Positions 8,876 to 17,072 of a stretch of 64,000 bases of DNA are shown here, piece after piece. Under the pieces are notes generated by a model, which saw only the letters and a list, made by a program, of their open reading frames with translations, made no database searches and was not told where the DNA came from. This stretch comes from a virus: IMG/VR virus record IMGVR_UViG_3300035181_001974, one strand, 5' to 3'. Made by a program: the position numbers and the translations under genes. The number at the start of each line of letters is the position of its first letter. The stretch's first letter is position 1.

Positions 8876-9286
8876 TTGTTGATGGGGACGGTGCAGATCG
8901 TGGTCAGGCTCGATGACTGGTTCGCTGAGCGCCTCGAGGCGGTCAACTGCAGTCCTGATGCCAGGGCCTATGTGGTCAGCGTGTTGAGCAGCTTTAAGCG
9001 TGCAGATGGTGATCTGAGCGATCGCTCGATCGTGGTGGCCTTTGCCAATGCCCGTGATCACGGGAACTTCGAGCACTTTCAACGAATCGGCGACTGGGTC
9101 CTCTGGACCGCGACAATCATGCCAGGTGCCATCGCTGAACACCGTGAGACCATCGAGACCTTGGGGCGCATGTCATACTACACCTGTCACCGGATGGTCC
9201 AGCGAACGTGGCCTGTCTATGAAGAGTTGGCTGACGAGCTCCCGAGCCTTGCGCAAAAGGTTCGTTGCACCCTGCAACTCCCATGA
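8876..9286 (+). CDS. hypothetical protein
   Basis: 136-aa ORF. Confidence 0.4.
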   Translation: MLMGTVQIVVRLDDWFAERLEAVNCSPDARAYVVSVLSSFKRADGDLSDRSIVVAFANARDHGNFEHFQRIGDWVLWTATIMPGAIAEHRETIETLGRMSYYTCHRMVQRTWPVYEELADELPSLAQKVRCTLQLP

Positions 9287-9339
9287 GAAATTGCCCGCGA
9301 GCAGTGTATCTTCAGCTCGCGCTGTGATACACTAAGACT

Positions 9340-9522
9340 ATGTTCACGGTGAGCCTGAAGCACAACAGCAGTGGCCGCCTCGAAGGCGCCATCCTGCGTG
9401 CTCGTGCCTGCCTTGAATTCGGTCTCGAAGAGGCCCGTGTCCATCAACTTCTGGTCGACAGTGGCTTTCGCTCCTACGAGGCGCACCACGCCATCGTCGC
9501 GGCGAAGATCCTAGGTTGGTGA
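9340..9522 (+). CDS. hypothetical small protein
   Basis: 60-aa ORF. Confidence 0.3.
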   Translation: MFTVSLKHNSSGRLEGAILRARACLEFGLEEARVHQLLVDSGFRSYEAHHAIVAAKILGW

Positions 9523-9526
9523 AACC

Positions 9527-9763
9527 ATGTCGCGAGACAACGTCATCGACTTCAACCTGTATTACGACAAGTGGAAGACGGTTTTCGAAGCTGAGTCCGG
9601 CGACGTCGACCTGCAGATCCACGTGGACACGCGTGTTTGGGCGATCGACATCACCATGGTCAACGTTGAAGGCGAGTCGATGGCTGCGCGCCTCGATGTT
9701 GAGAACTCGTGGGCACTCTACGAGTCGCTGCGGAAGCTCTTCGAGCCCAAGGGCGGTGCCTGA
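9527..9763 (+). CDS. hypothetical protein
   Basis: 78-aa ORF. Confidence 0.35.
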   Translation: MSRDNVIDFNLYYDKWKTVFEAESGDVDLQIHVDTRVWAIDITMVNVEGESMAARLDVENSWALYESLRKLFEPKGGA

Positions 9764-9809
9764 TGTCCTCCAAGCGGCGAATCGACTCGACAAGGCCCGC
9801 TATGACCAG

Positions 9810-10103
9810 GTGATATGGTCGCGGGTCTGTCCTAACTGTGGCAACCACACCGTCATCGACATCGTGAGGATGTCGAAGAAGGACGTGCTCTCGCGGGATT
9901 CGAAGTACCTCGGCACGTACCACTCGTGCGGAGGCCCGCGAGGGTATCGTTGTTGGCACATGACGAAGTTCGAGCCCGCCAAGCCCGAAAAAGCTCTCTA
10001 TGAGACGTTCGGGTCCAAATCGAAGATTCGTGAGTGTATTTATCACTCCGAACCTGGTAGGATCGACCCATCATGGCAAGCAAGATTCGCAAGCACAAGA
10101 TGA
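9810..10103 (+). CDS. zinc-ribbon protein (start uncertain, GTG?)
   Basis: CPNCGNH ... HSCGGPRGYRCWH cysteine/histidine pattern in the 3' part of track ORF 9516..10103. Confidence 0.3.
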   Translation: MIWSRVCPNCGNHTVIDIVRMSKKDVLSRDSKYLGTYHSCGGPRGYRCWHMTKFEPAKPEKALYETFGSKSKIRECIYHSEPGRIDPSWQARFASTR

Positions 10104-10246
10104 AGGAGCCGCGTGAGCTCGTCACGCTCGGCATGATCCTCAACTGTAAGGGTGGTCCGATGAAGGATCGCCGCGCACCTCGCGGGGGTGCTCGAAATCA
10201 CAAGCGCGAGTTTCAGGCCGAGGCCGATCTCGGCTGAGAAGTCGCA

Positions 10247-10471
10247 ATGGAACTCGAAGAGCCTCTCGTAAGCGAGGACGGGCTCATTCAGTGGATCGCA
10301 TTCCTCCAGGATGATGCCCAGAAGAATGGCGGCACCGCCAGCACGTTTTTGCGCCTGAAACCCGAAGGACGCCCGGTGAAGGTGACATGCTGCTCGCGGG
10401 TCGTCATCGTGGAGTTCCTGACTGATATTGAGTTCGCAATCGAAAAAGCGACCTTTTTCATTGCCGTCTGA
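10247..10471 (+). CDS. hypothetical protein
   Basis: 74-aa ORF. Confidence 0.35.
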   Translation: MELEEPLVSEDGLIQWIAFLQDDAQKNGGTASTFLRLKPEGRPVKVTCCSRVVIVEFLTDIEFAIEKATFFIAV

Positions 10472-10515
10472 CAGTGTCAGTGTATTCCCTCCTCACGTTG
10501 GGGTAAACTAGAGCC

Positions 10516-11874
10516 ATGAGCGATACCGTCATCGACATCCTGGAGAGTCTCGAGACCACCGCGGGTTCAAACGCGAAGCGCGACATCCTCAAGCGCAACT
10601 GCGACAACGAGCTGCTCCGCCGCGTCTTCGCAGCGGCCCAGGACCCGTACATGGTTTACTACGTCAACAAGTTCAAGATGCCTCAGGCACAGGCGAGTGC
10701 CCCCGTGGGCGACGACAAGACGCTGACGGCGTTTCTCGACGTCCTCCTTCCCGACCTATCGTCGCGGAAGTTGACGGGTAACGAGGCCAAGTTCACGGTC
10801 TCAGCGGCGTTTCAGCTGATGGACGCTCGCCAGCAGAAGTGGTGCCTTCGAATCCTCTTGAAGAACCTGCGCTGCGGCGTCCAGGAGTCGACGGTCAACA
10901 AGATCTGGCCTGGCACCATCAAGAGCTTCGCCGTTGCCCTGGCGTCTTCGGTGAAGAGCACCTTCGTCAAAGGCGAGGGCATCAAGATCCTCGAGAAGAT
11001 CGCATATCCCGTACGCGTGGAGCCCAAGCTTGACGGTCTGCGTTGCATCGCGGTGAAGAAGGACGGCAGGGTCACGTTCTTCACCCGCAATGGCACCGAG
11101 CTCGAGACCCTGCCGCGAATCAAGGCCGCGTTGGAAGCCGCAGAATACGACAACGTCGTCCTCGACGGCGAGGCGATGGGCGAGGACTGGAACGAGTCCA
11201 GTAGTGTCCTGATGTCGTCCAAGAACAAGAAGGACGACAGCAACATATTCTACAACGTCTTCGACGCGATGGCAGTCGACGATTGGATCGACCAAGAGAC
11301 GACGGTCATCTATTCAGACCGCTGCGAGCTGGTCGCCACCGTGGTCGAAATGGTCAACACCGGCTGTGTGCGCCAGGTGCCCCACATCATGGCCAAGGAC
11401 GAGGCTGAGCTCAAGGCCTTCTTCGCCAAGTGCATGAATGAGGGGTACGAGGGTGTCATGCTGAAGACGCTCGATTCCACCTACGAGTGGGACCGCTCGC
11501 GGAACATCCTGAAGCTGAAGCCCGTGACGACCTTCGAGGGCGTCGTAGTGGGCTGGTACGAGGGTCGCCGCGGTACCAAACGCGAGGGACTTTTCGGTGG
11601 CTTCAACGTGGTGCTGCCCAACGGCGTGGTCACTCGCGTGGGCGGGGGCTTCTCTGACAAGCTGCGTGCCGAGATCATGCTTGAGATGGCTGACTCTTGG
11701 TTGGGCAAGATCGTTGAGGTAGAAGGCCAACCTGACCCACTGACGAAGGACGGGCTCACTGTCGACGGCAAGGTTCGCTTTCCAGTCTACATTCGCGTTC
11801 GGTCGCCCGGCGACGTGGATCCTAAGGTGATAGCCGCGGGCGAGGCGTACCTCGCCAAGGAGATGGCCCAGTGA
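10516..11874 (+). CDS. ATP-dependent DNA ligase
   Basis: motif I KLDGLRCIAV, motif IV EGVMLK, motif V LKLKP; 452 aa. Confidence 0.8.
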   Translation: MSDTVIDILESLETTAGSNAKRDILKRNCDNELLRRVFAAAQDPYMVYYVNKFKMPQAQASAPVGDDKTLTAFLDVLLPDLSSRKLTGNEAKFTVSAAFQLMDARQQKWCLRILLKNLRCGVQESTVNKIWPGTIKSFAVALASSVKSTFVKGEGIKILEKIAYPVRVEPKLDGLRCIAVKKDGRVTFFTRNGTELETLPRIKAALEAAEYDNVVLDGEAMGEDWNESSSVLMSSKNKKDDSNIFYNVFDAMAVDDWIDQETTVIYSDRCELVATVVEMVNTGCVRQVPHIMAKDEAELKAFFAKCMNEGYEGVMLKTLDSTYEWDRSRNILKLKPVTTFEGVVVGWYEGRRGTKREGLFGGFNVVLPNGVVTRVGGGFSDKLRAEIMLEMADSWLGKIVEVEGQPDPLTKDGLTVDGKVRFPVYIRVRSPGDVDPKVIAAGEAYLAKEMAQ

Positions 11875-12104
11875 AGTCCATTGCATTCGACGTTCCGTTC
11901 ACTCGCCACAAACACGTGGAGGTCGACGCCGCCCGCGACAATGAGACCGACTTTTCGGTCAGGTTCTCATTCACCACGAAGGGCGACCATCCAGGTCTGA
12001 GATTCCATGTGGAGCTGGGTCCACTCTATTTTGGCGTGTCGGTCTACGATGACCGTCACTGGGATTGGGACAAGAACACGTACTGCGAGTACGACAACGA
12101 GTAA
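11871..12104 (+). CDS. hypothetical protein
   Basis: 77-aa ORF overlapping the ligase stop. Confidence 0.4.
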   Translation: MKSIAFDVPFTRHKHVEVDAARDNETDFSVRFSFTTKGDHPGLRFHVELGPLYFGVSVYDDRHWDWDKNTYCEYDNE

Positions 12105-12604
12105 TGGCCTTGAACATGTTCGCGAAAGTCGGCGGCGTCTTTGCAGTCCTCGTCTTCTGGCATTTCCTCGCAGATTGGGTCTTCCAGTCGCACAAAGAGG
12201 AAATGCAAAAGTCCAATGACAGGCTAGTCCGCGCCTGGCACTGTCTCAAGTATGCCCTGGTGTTCGTTCCGTTGTTCTGGTGGGCGAGCTTCCCAGACGG
12301 GGCCTTCGAGTGGTCGATGGTAATTCTCTTCGCTTCACACTACGTCATCGACTCCTATGTGCCGGTACTACTGTGGGCCAAGTTCCTGCGAAAGGCGCCT
12401 CAATTCGATTCTGTGGGTAAGGACCTGCCGGCTCCCGTGGGTTGGTCTGACCGCGTCATCGAGTCGCCCAGGTATCGCACCAACGAAGAGGCCCTCAAGG
12501 CCTTCGCCCTGACTCCTCGGGGTCTGGTCCTGATGATCACGATGGACCAGTTCCTGCACATCGCCTTCCTGCTGCCCATCGCCTATTTGGCCGTCGTTCG
12601 CTAA
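12104..12604 (+). CDS. integral membrane protein (DUF3307-like?)
   Basis: several hydrophobic helices, WHFLADWVFQSH and SHYVIDSY motifs. Confidence 0.4.
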   Translation: MALNMFAKVGGVFAVLVFWHFLADWVFQSHKEEMQKSNDRLVRAWHCLKYALVFVPLFWWASFPDGAFEWSMVILFASHYVIDSYVPVLLWAKFLRKAPQFDSVGKDLPAPVGWSDRVIESPRYRTNEEALKAFALTPRGLVLMITMDQFLHIAFLLPIAYLAVVR

Positions 12605-12613
12605 AGAAATCAC

Positions 12614-13870
12614 ATGCCCGTCGACATTGTAGAAATGCTGTGGAAGTGTCCTGCCTGCCGTAGCACCGTCCTGGGACGCTACAAGGCTTGCTACAACTGC
12701 GGTCAATTTCGAACTCCTGACGTGGAGGAGTGGCTGCCGGACGATATCTCTCACGAGGCCGCCGTGCGCGATGCCGAACTGCTGAACAAGTTCGAGGGCG
12801 GCGAGGACCGGCACTGCGAGTACTGCGGTTCTTCGCAATGGAAAGTGGACGACAGTTGCCAGCGTTGCGGTTCACCCGCTCATTCCGAGAAAGTCATCCA
12901 GGAGATCGAGGAAGCGTCGAAGTTGCCGATCTCTGCGGCCGAACAGGACGTCCTCGGCGGACGCAATCATTCTGAGTTTGAACGCCGGGTGACCAAGCAG
13001 TCACAGGATTGGCCTCCGAAGCCCGTCGTCAAGAAGCGGGCGAGCCAACTGATGTACGAGGAAGACATGGGATGGCATCCGCCGTCCAAGGTTCTTTGGG
13101 GCATTGTGGGAGGCGTTGCTGGTGCGATCGCCTTCATCAGCCTCGTTCTCTATCTCATCTTTCACACCGTGACGCATTACTCGGTCGTCACCGCCACGCG
13201 ATGGACCGACACGGTCGAGGTCCAGCGCTACCAGATCAATCACCACGATGGGTGGTCGCCGCCCCTTGACGCGCTTAACGTTAACAACGAGGGCGAACGC
13301 ATCCACCACTACAACCACGTCCTCGACCACTACGACACGGTTTCTTATATGTACCAGGAGGCCTGTGGGCAGACGTGCACGCAAATCCCGCGAACCTGTT
13401 CTAAGACCTCGCGGTCTTGCACTTCAAACAAGAACGGTTCTGCAACCTGCACCGGCGGCGACACCGTCTGCACCGGCGGCGGGCAATCATGCTCGACGAA
13501 GTACTGTACTCGGACGGGAACTCGCCGGGAAGCGCGCTATCGCAACGATCCCGTCTACCAGGCGTACTACTCCTGGCGAGTCTGGGAGTGGACGTTCAAT
13601 CGTAACGTGGTCGCGGCAGGCAATGACACTGCGCCGCACAGCCCGACGAGCGACCAACTCGCCCTCAATGCCAACGTTCACGACAGCGAGAAGGAGCGGA
13701 CTGCGGGCGAATCGCTAGAGCTCAACGTCGTCTTTACCGATGACGACGACCACGAGAACCATGACTACACGCCTCACGATGTCAGCGAGTTCAAGTCGCT
13801 GCCGGTCGGGACCCACAAGGTCATCGAGGTGGGTACCATGGGTGGCGTGGCGATCGCTAGGGAAAAGTGA
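12614..13870 (+). CDS. zinc-ribbon / single-pass membrane / Cys-Thr-Gly-rich protein
   Basis: CPACRS..CYNCGQ and CEYCGS..CQRCGS ribbons, TM helix WGIVGGVAGAIAFISLVLYLIF, C/T/G-rich low-complexity stretch. Confidence 0.5.
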   Translation: MPVDIVEMLWKCPACRSTVLGRYKACYNCGQFRTPDVEEWLPDDISHEAAVRDAELLNKFEGGEDRHCEYCGSSQWKVDDSCQRCGSPAHSEKVIQEIEEASKLPISAAEQDVLGGRNHSEFERRVTKQSQDWPPKPVVKKRASQLMYEEDMGWHPPSKVLWGIVGGVAGAIAFISLVLYLIFHTVTHYSVVTATRWTDTVEVQRYQINHHDGWSPPLDALNVNNEGERIHHYNHVLDHYDTVSYMYQEACGQTCTQIPRTCSKTSRSCTSNKNGSATCTGGDTVCTGGGQSCSTKYCTRTGTRREARYRNDPVYQAYYSWRVWEWTFNRNVVAAGNDTAPHSPTSDQLALNANVHDSEKERTAGESLELNVVFTDDDDHENHDYTPHDVSEFKSLPVGTHKVIEVGTMGGVAIAREK

Positions 13871-14139
13871 GATTTGCACAGTAGAATCTCACGGATTTCA
13901 ATGACAGTGTAATCCCACCGTGTCTTCTCGTGTGGTCAGCAATGGGAAACCCCGTCCGGCTTGTGAAAACGGCACGGTGGGTCACGTGAGGGCACCCAGA
14001 GCGGTGCAAAGGCCGGACCTGACCGGGTAGGATGACTTCATGAAGCGCACTCGATTCAATCCCGAGCGCCGCGCTTGGCGCGGGCGTTCCTATCATCGCA
14101 GGGGAACCTGCGTGCGCGAGCTCCGCGATCGCGCGGGCT

Positions 14140-15597
14140 ATGCAAAACACACCTTCGATGGGGTACAGTAATATCATGCACTCCCACTGGAACCCCTGCG
14201 GTCCGAACGACCCAACGTTCAACATCGAACGCCACCTGCTGGTCTTCCTCCAGGAGAACGCCTACTATGCCGAGATCTCGCGTCACCTGCGTAAGGTGGC
14301 GACGCTCGACATACCGACGGCTGCGGTCACCTTCGACGTGGTAAACGATGAGTTCGTCATGTACTACAACCCGGTCTTCTTCGCGGGCGGCAAGTACACC
14401 GACAAGAAGACGGGCGAGGAAATCGAGTGCACGCCGCTCTCCAACTGGGAGGTTCGCGGTGTGGTTCGCCACGAGTTCGACCACCTGACGTTCGGCCACC
14501 TAACGCACCGGCGCCCAGCGAAGCGGGAACTCGCCGTCCGACACAATATCGCAGGCGACCTTGCAATCAACTCGCTGATCGTCTCCTCGGCCGGCATGCG
14601 ACAGGAGGACGACCGCCTCGACGCGCGTCCACTGCCGAAGAGCGCGCTGATCCCCGGGCAGCGACCCTGGGTCGACCCGAAGCAGTTCGCGGCGCTGACT
14701 CCGGAACGCAAGAAGGCCATCGAGGAGTTCTCGGACATCATCGAGAAGTTCCCGAAGGACCAGGCGACTGAGTTCTACTTCAACAAGCTCAACGAAATCG
14801 CACAGAAGAAGCAGAAGCAGTCGGGCGGCTCCTGCGATGCCGATGGCAGCGGCTTCGATATCGACAGCGTCCTGGGCACGCTTGATGACCATGATGGTTG
14901 GGACGATGTCCCGGACGATCAGGTCGACTACGTCGAAGGCAAGATCAAGGCGATGGTCGAAAAGGCCGTCGCCAACGCCGACGGGAAGCCCAACGGTTGG
15001 GGCAGCATTCCGGTACACATCCAGGCTGAGATCCGTCGCAGCATCAGCACCATCGTCGACTGGCGCGCGGTCCTTCGCCAGTTCGTTGGCTCGCTGATGC
15101 GTGGTGAACGCACTACCTCGATCAAGCGCATCAACCGTCGCTACCCATACATTCACCCGGGCGTCAAGCGAGGCTACACGGCTCGCATCCTCGTTGCCAT
15201 CGACCAATCAGGGTCCGTCGACGACGGCCAGATGTCGATGTTCTTCGATGAGCTGGCCACGCTGACCAAGCGCGTGGGTGTCGACATTCTCCCGTTCGAC
15301 TGCGGCGCCGACGTCCGCGAGATCTTCGAATGGAAGAAGGGAACCAACCCGAAGATCAAGCGCACTCGAATGGGTGGCACCGACTTCAACGCCCCATCTG
15401 ACATCGTCAACGACGTCAAGAACCGTGGTCGTTGGGACGGCTACCTCATCATGACCGATGGCGAGTGCAGCGCTCCTCGTGGCTCGCGGGTGAAGCGTGG
15501 TTGGGTCCTGAGCAAGGGTCACAAGTTGCTCTTCAACAGCGATGAGCTTCAGGTTTACCTGGACGACACGAAGCCCATGACCGGCGCCTGGCGCTGA
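14140..15597 (+). CDS. DUF2201-type HExxH metallopeptidase-like domain fused to a von Willebrand factor A domain
   Basis: HEFDHLTFGH motif; MIDAS-like ILVAIDQSGSVDD; 485 aa. Confidence 0.6.
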   Translation: MQNTPSMGYSNIMHSHWNPCGPNDPTFNIERHLLVFLQENAYYAEISRHLRKVATLDIPTAAVTFDVVNDEFVMYYNPVFFAGGKYTDKKTGEEIECTPLSNWEVRGVVRHEFDHLTFGHLTHRRPAKRELAVRHNIAGDLAINSLIVSSAGMRQEDDRLDARPLPKSALIPGQRPWVDPKQFAALTPERKKAIEEFSDIIEKFPKDQATEFYFNKLNEIAQKKQKQSGGSCDADGSGFDIDSVLGTLDDHDGWDDVPDDQVDYVEGKIKAMVEKAVANADGKPNGWGSIPVHIQAEIRRSISTIVDWRAVLRQFVGSLMRGERTTSIKRINRRYPYIHPGVKRGYTARILVAIDQSGSVDDGQMSMFFDELATLTKRVGVDILPFDCGADVREIFEWKKGTNPKIKRTRMGGTDFNAPSDIVNDVKNRGRWDGYLIMTDGECSAPRGSRVKRGWVLSKGHKLLFNSDELQVYLDDTKPMTGAWR

Positions 15598-15604
15598 GGG
15601 TACC

Positions 15605-15829
15605 ATGCACATTCTGTTCATCTTGACGATGATGGGTCTCGGCCTGCTCTTCCCGAAGGGAATGAAGTTCCTCGTCGCCGCGCCGCTGTTCGGCATCGCG
15701 GCCGGTGGCGTGGGATGGGCCATCGTGGCCACAATCGTCAACTCTCTCATCACCCTGCATGCCTTTGGCCTGTTCCTACTGTCGGGCGTGCTACTCGCAG
15801 AGGTCCTCGCGTTGTTCGACACCAACTGA
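15605..15829 (+). CDS. small membrane protein 1 of 3
   Basis: 74 aa, 2-3 predicted TM helices, RBS GAGGG. Confidence 0.45.
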   Translation: MHILFILTMMGLGLLFPKGMKFLVAAPLFGIAAGGVGWAIVATIVNSLITLHAFGLFLLSGVLLAEVLALFDTN

Positions 15830-15846
15830 AAGAAAGGAATCATATC

Positions 15847-16074
15847 ATGCTGCAGCGCGTCACCGTTGCGGGCCTTCTCGTCCTCGTCACCCTGTTGCTC
15901 TGCGCCCTCATGGCGCTGATCAGCAGCGTCTTCCTCTATGCGGGCTGGAACTGGGATCTTGTGCCCGTCACCGGGCTCCACCCGCTCACCGACGTCTTCC
16001 GGGCGTTCTGGTTGGCGTTCGGTCTCACCGTGCTTGGCAGCCTTGTCAAGGGCGCGTCGGCGAAGGTCGAGTGA
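15847..16074 (+). CDS. small membrane protein 2 of 3
   Basis: TM helices LLVLVTLLLCALMALISSVFLY and AFWLAFGLTVLGSLV, RBS AAAGGAA. Confidence 0.45.
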   Translation: MLQRVTVAGLLVLVTLLLCALMALISSVFLYAGWNWDLVPVTGLHPLTDVFRAFWLAFGLTVLGSLVKGASAKVE

Positions 16075-16075
16075 A

Positions 16076-16276
16076 ATGGAAAATCGAAGCAAGTTCGCCA
16101 ACGTGATGGCGATCCTGTGGGCGCTGCTCGTGGCCTTTTGCCTCGTTGGCGCCTTTCTTAAGCACCAGAATGCCACGTTGATGGCGATTCTGGTGGCGGT
16201 GATGTGGACGTTGGTCCGCATCATCAACGAGGGAATCGAAGCCACCAAGGAACTGTTCGCCAACAAGAAGGAGTGA
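16076..16276 (+). CDS. small membrane protein 3 of 3
   Basis: 66 aa, TM helices; start overlaps upstream stop (GTGAAATG). Confidence 0.45.
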   Translation: MENRSKFANVMAILWALLVAFCLVGAFLKHQNATLMAILVAVMWTLVRIINEGIEATKELFANKKE

Positions 16277-16292
16277 GGTCCTACTTGCTCTT

Positions 16293-16541
16293 ATGAGGCT
16301 TAGAGCAGGCGACCTGGTCAAGGCCGCGTCCATCGCCGGGGCGGTGGAATTGACAGCGTCTCCCGCGGGACCCGCGACCATGAGTCACGTCATCAACATC
16401 CTTGAACCCAAGGATGTCGCACTCGTCATTTCGCTCGACCGCCACGATGGTCGCTGCGTCTATGTCTTGGGCCCCCGCGGTGGCGGTTGGGCCCTTGGTG
16501 CATTTCTAGTCCAGGTGGTGACGGATACCTCATCTCAATAA
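16293..16541 (+). CDS. hypothetical protein
   Basis: 82-aa ORF. Confidence 0.35.
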   Translation: MRLRAGDLVKAASIAGAVELTASPAGPATMSHVINILEPKDVALVISLDRHDGRCVYVLGPRGGGWALGAFLVQVVTDTSSQ

Positions 16542-16602
16542 GCGCGAATATTCTGTGTGTCACGGGTGTAACACATTTGGACCCTCAGAGTACCATTAAG
16601 GG

Positions 16603-16800
16603 ATGAAGCAGCCGATCGAGAAGGGTGCATTGGTCGTGGTTTACGGGAGACGGGACATCATCCCTCGCGTGATTGACGTCAACTACGTGGACTGCGAGGC
16701 ACGTTGGGTTATCACCCTTGACTGGGGTGAATTCGGCCTGAGCCGCGTATACGACCACGACGAGGACAAGGTCTGGTATCGCTACAGCAGCGCCAACTGA
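16603..16800 (+). CDS. hypothetical protein
   Basis: 65-aa ORF, RBS AAGGGATG. Confidence 0.35.
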   Translation: MKQPIEKGALVVVYGRRDIIPRVIDVNYVDCEARWVITLDWGEFGLSRVYDHDEDKVWYRYSSAN

Positions 16801-17072
16801 TCAGACACAGTCGACGGGCGTGGGAGGTGGGGACGCGGATCCCGAGGGCGCTAGCGTCAGCGAGCCTGTGAAGTCGGAAGTCAGGATGACGTCGGGCGTC
16901 AAAATTGACGACAACGTTCCCGACAGGGACCCCGTCAACATCACCCTGAAGGCTCCACCGACGTTCGACCAACGATCGACGAGAGGCCTGATCCAAACCT
17001 GCTCGTGATCACGAGATGCTGCGTCGAGTGCCGCCTGTAGTCGAGCCCTTGAGATGATTTGTGTGGTAGATT

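Noticed and set aside
9516-10103. 195-aa track ORF 9516..10103 as one gene
   Set aside because: Its 5' two-thirds overlap the better-supported ORF 9527..9763 in another frame. Only the 3' Zn-ribbon part (from about 9810) looks coding.
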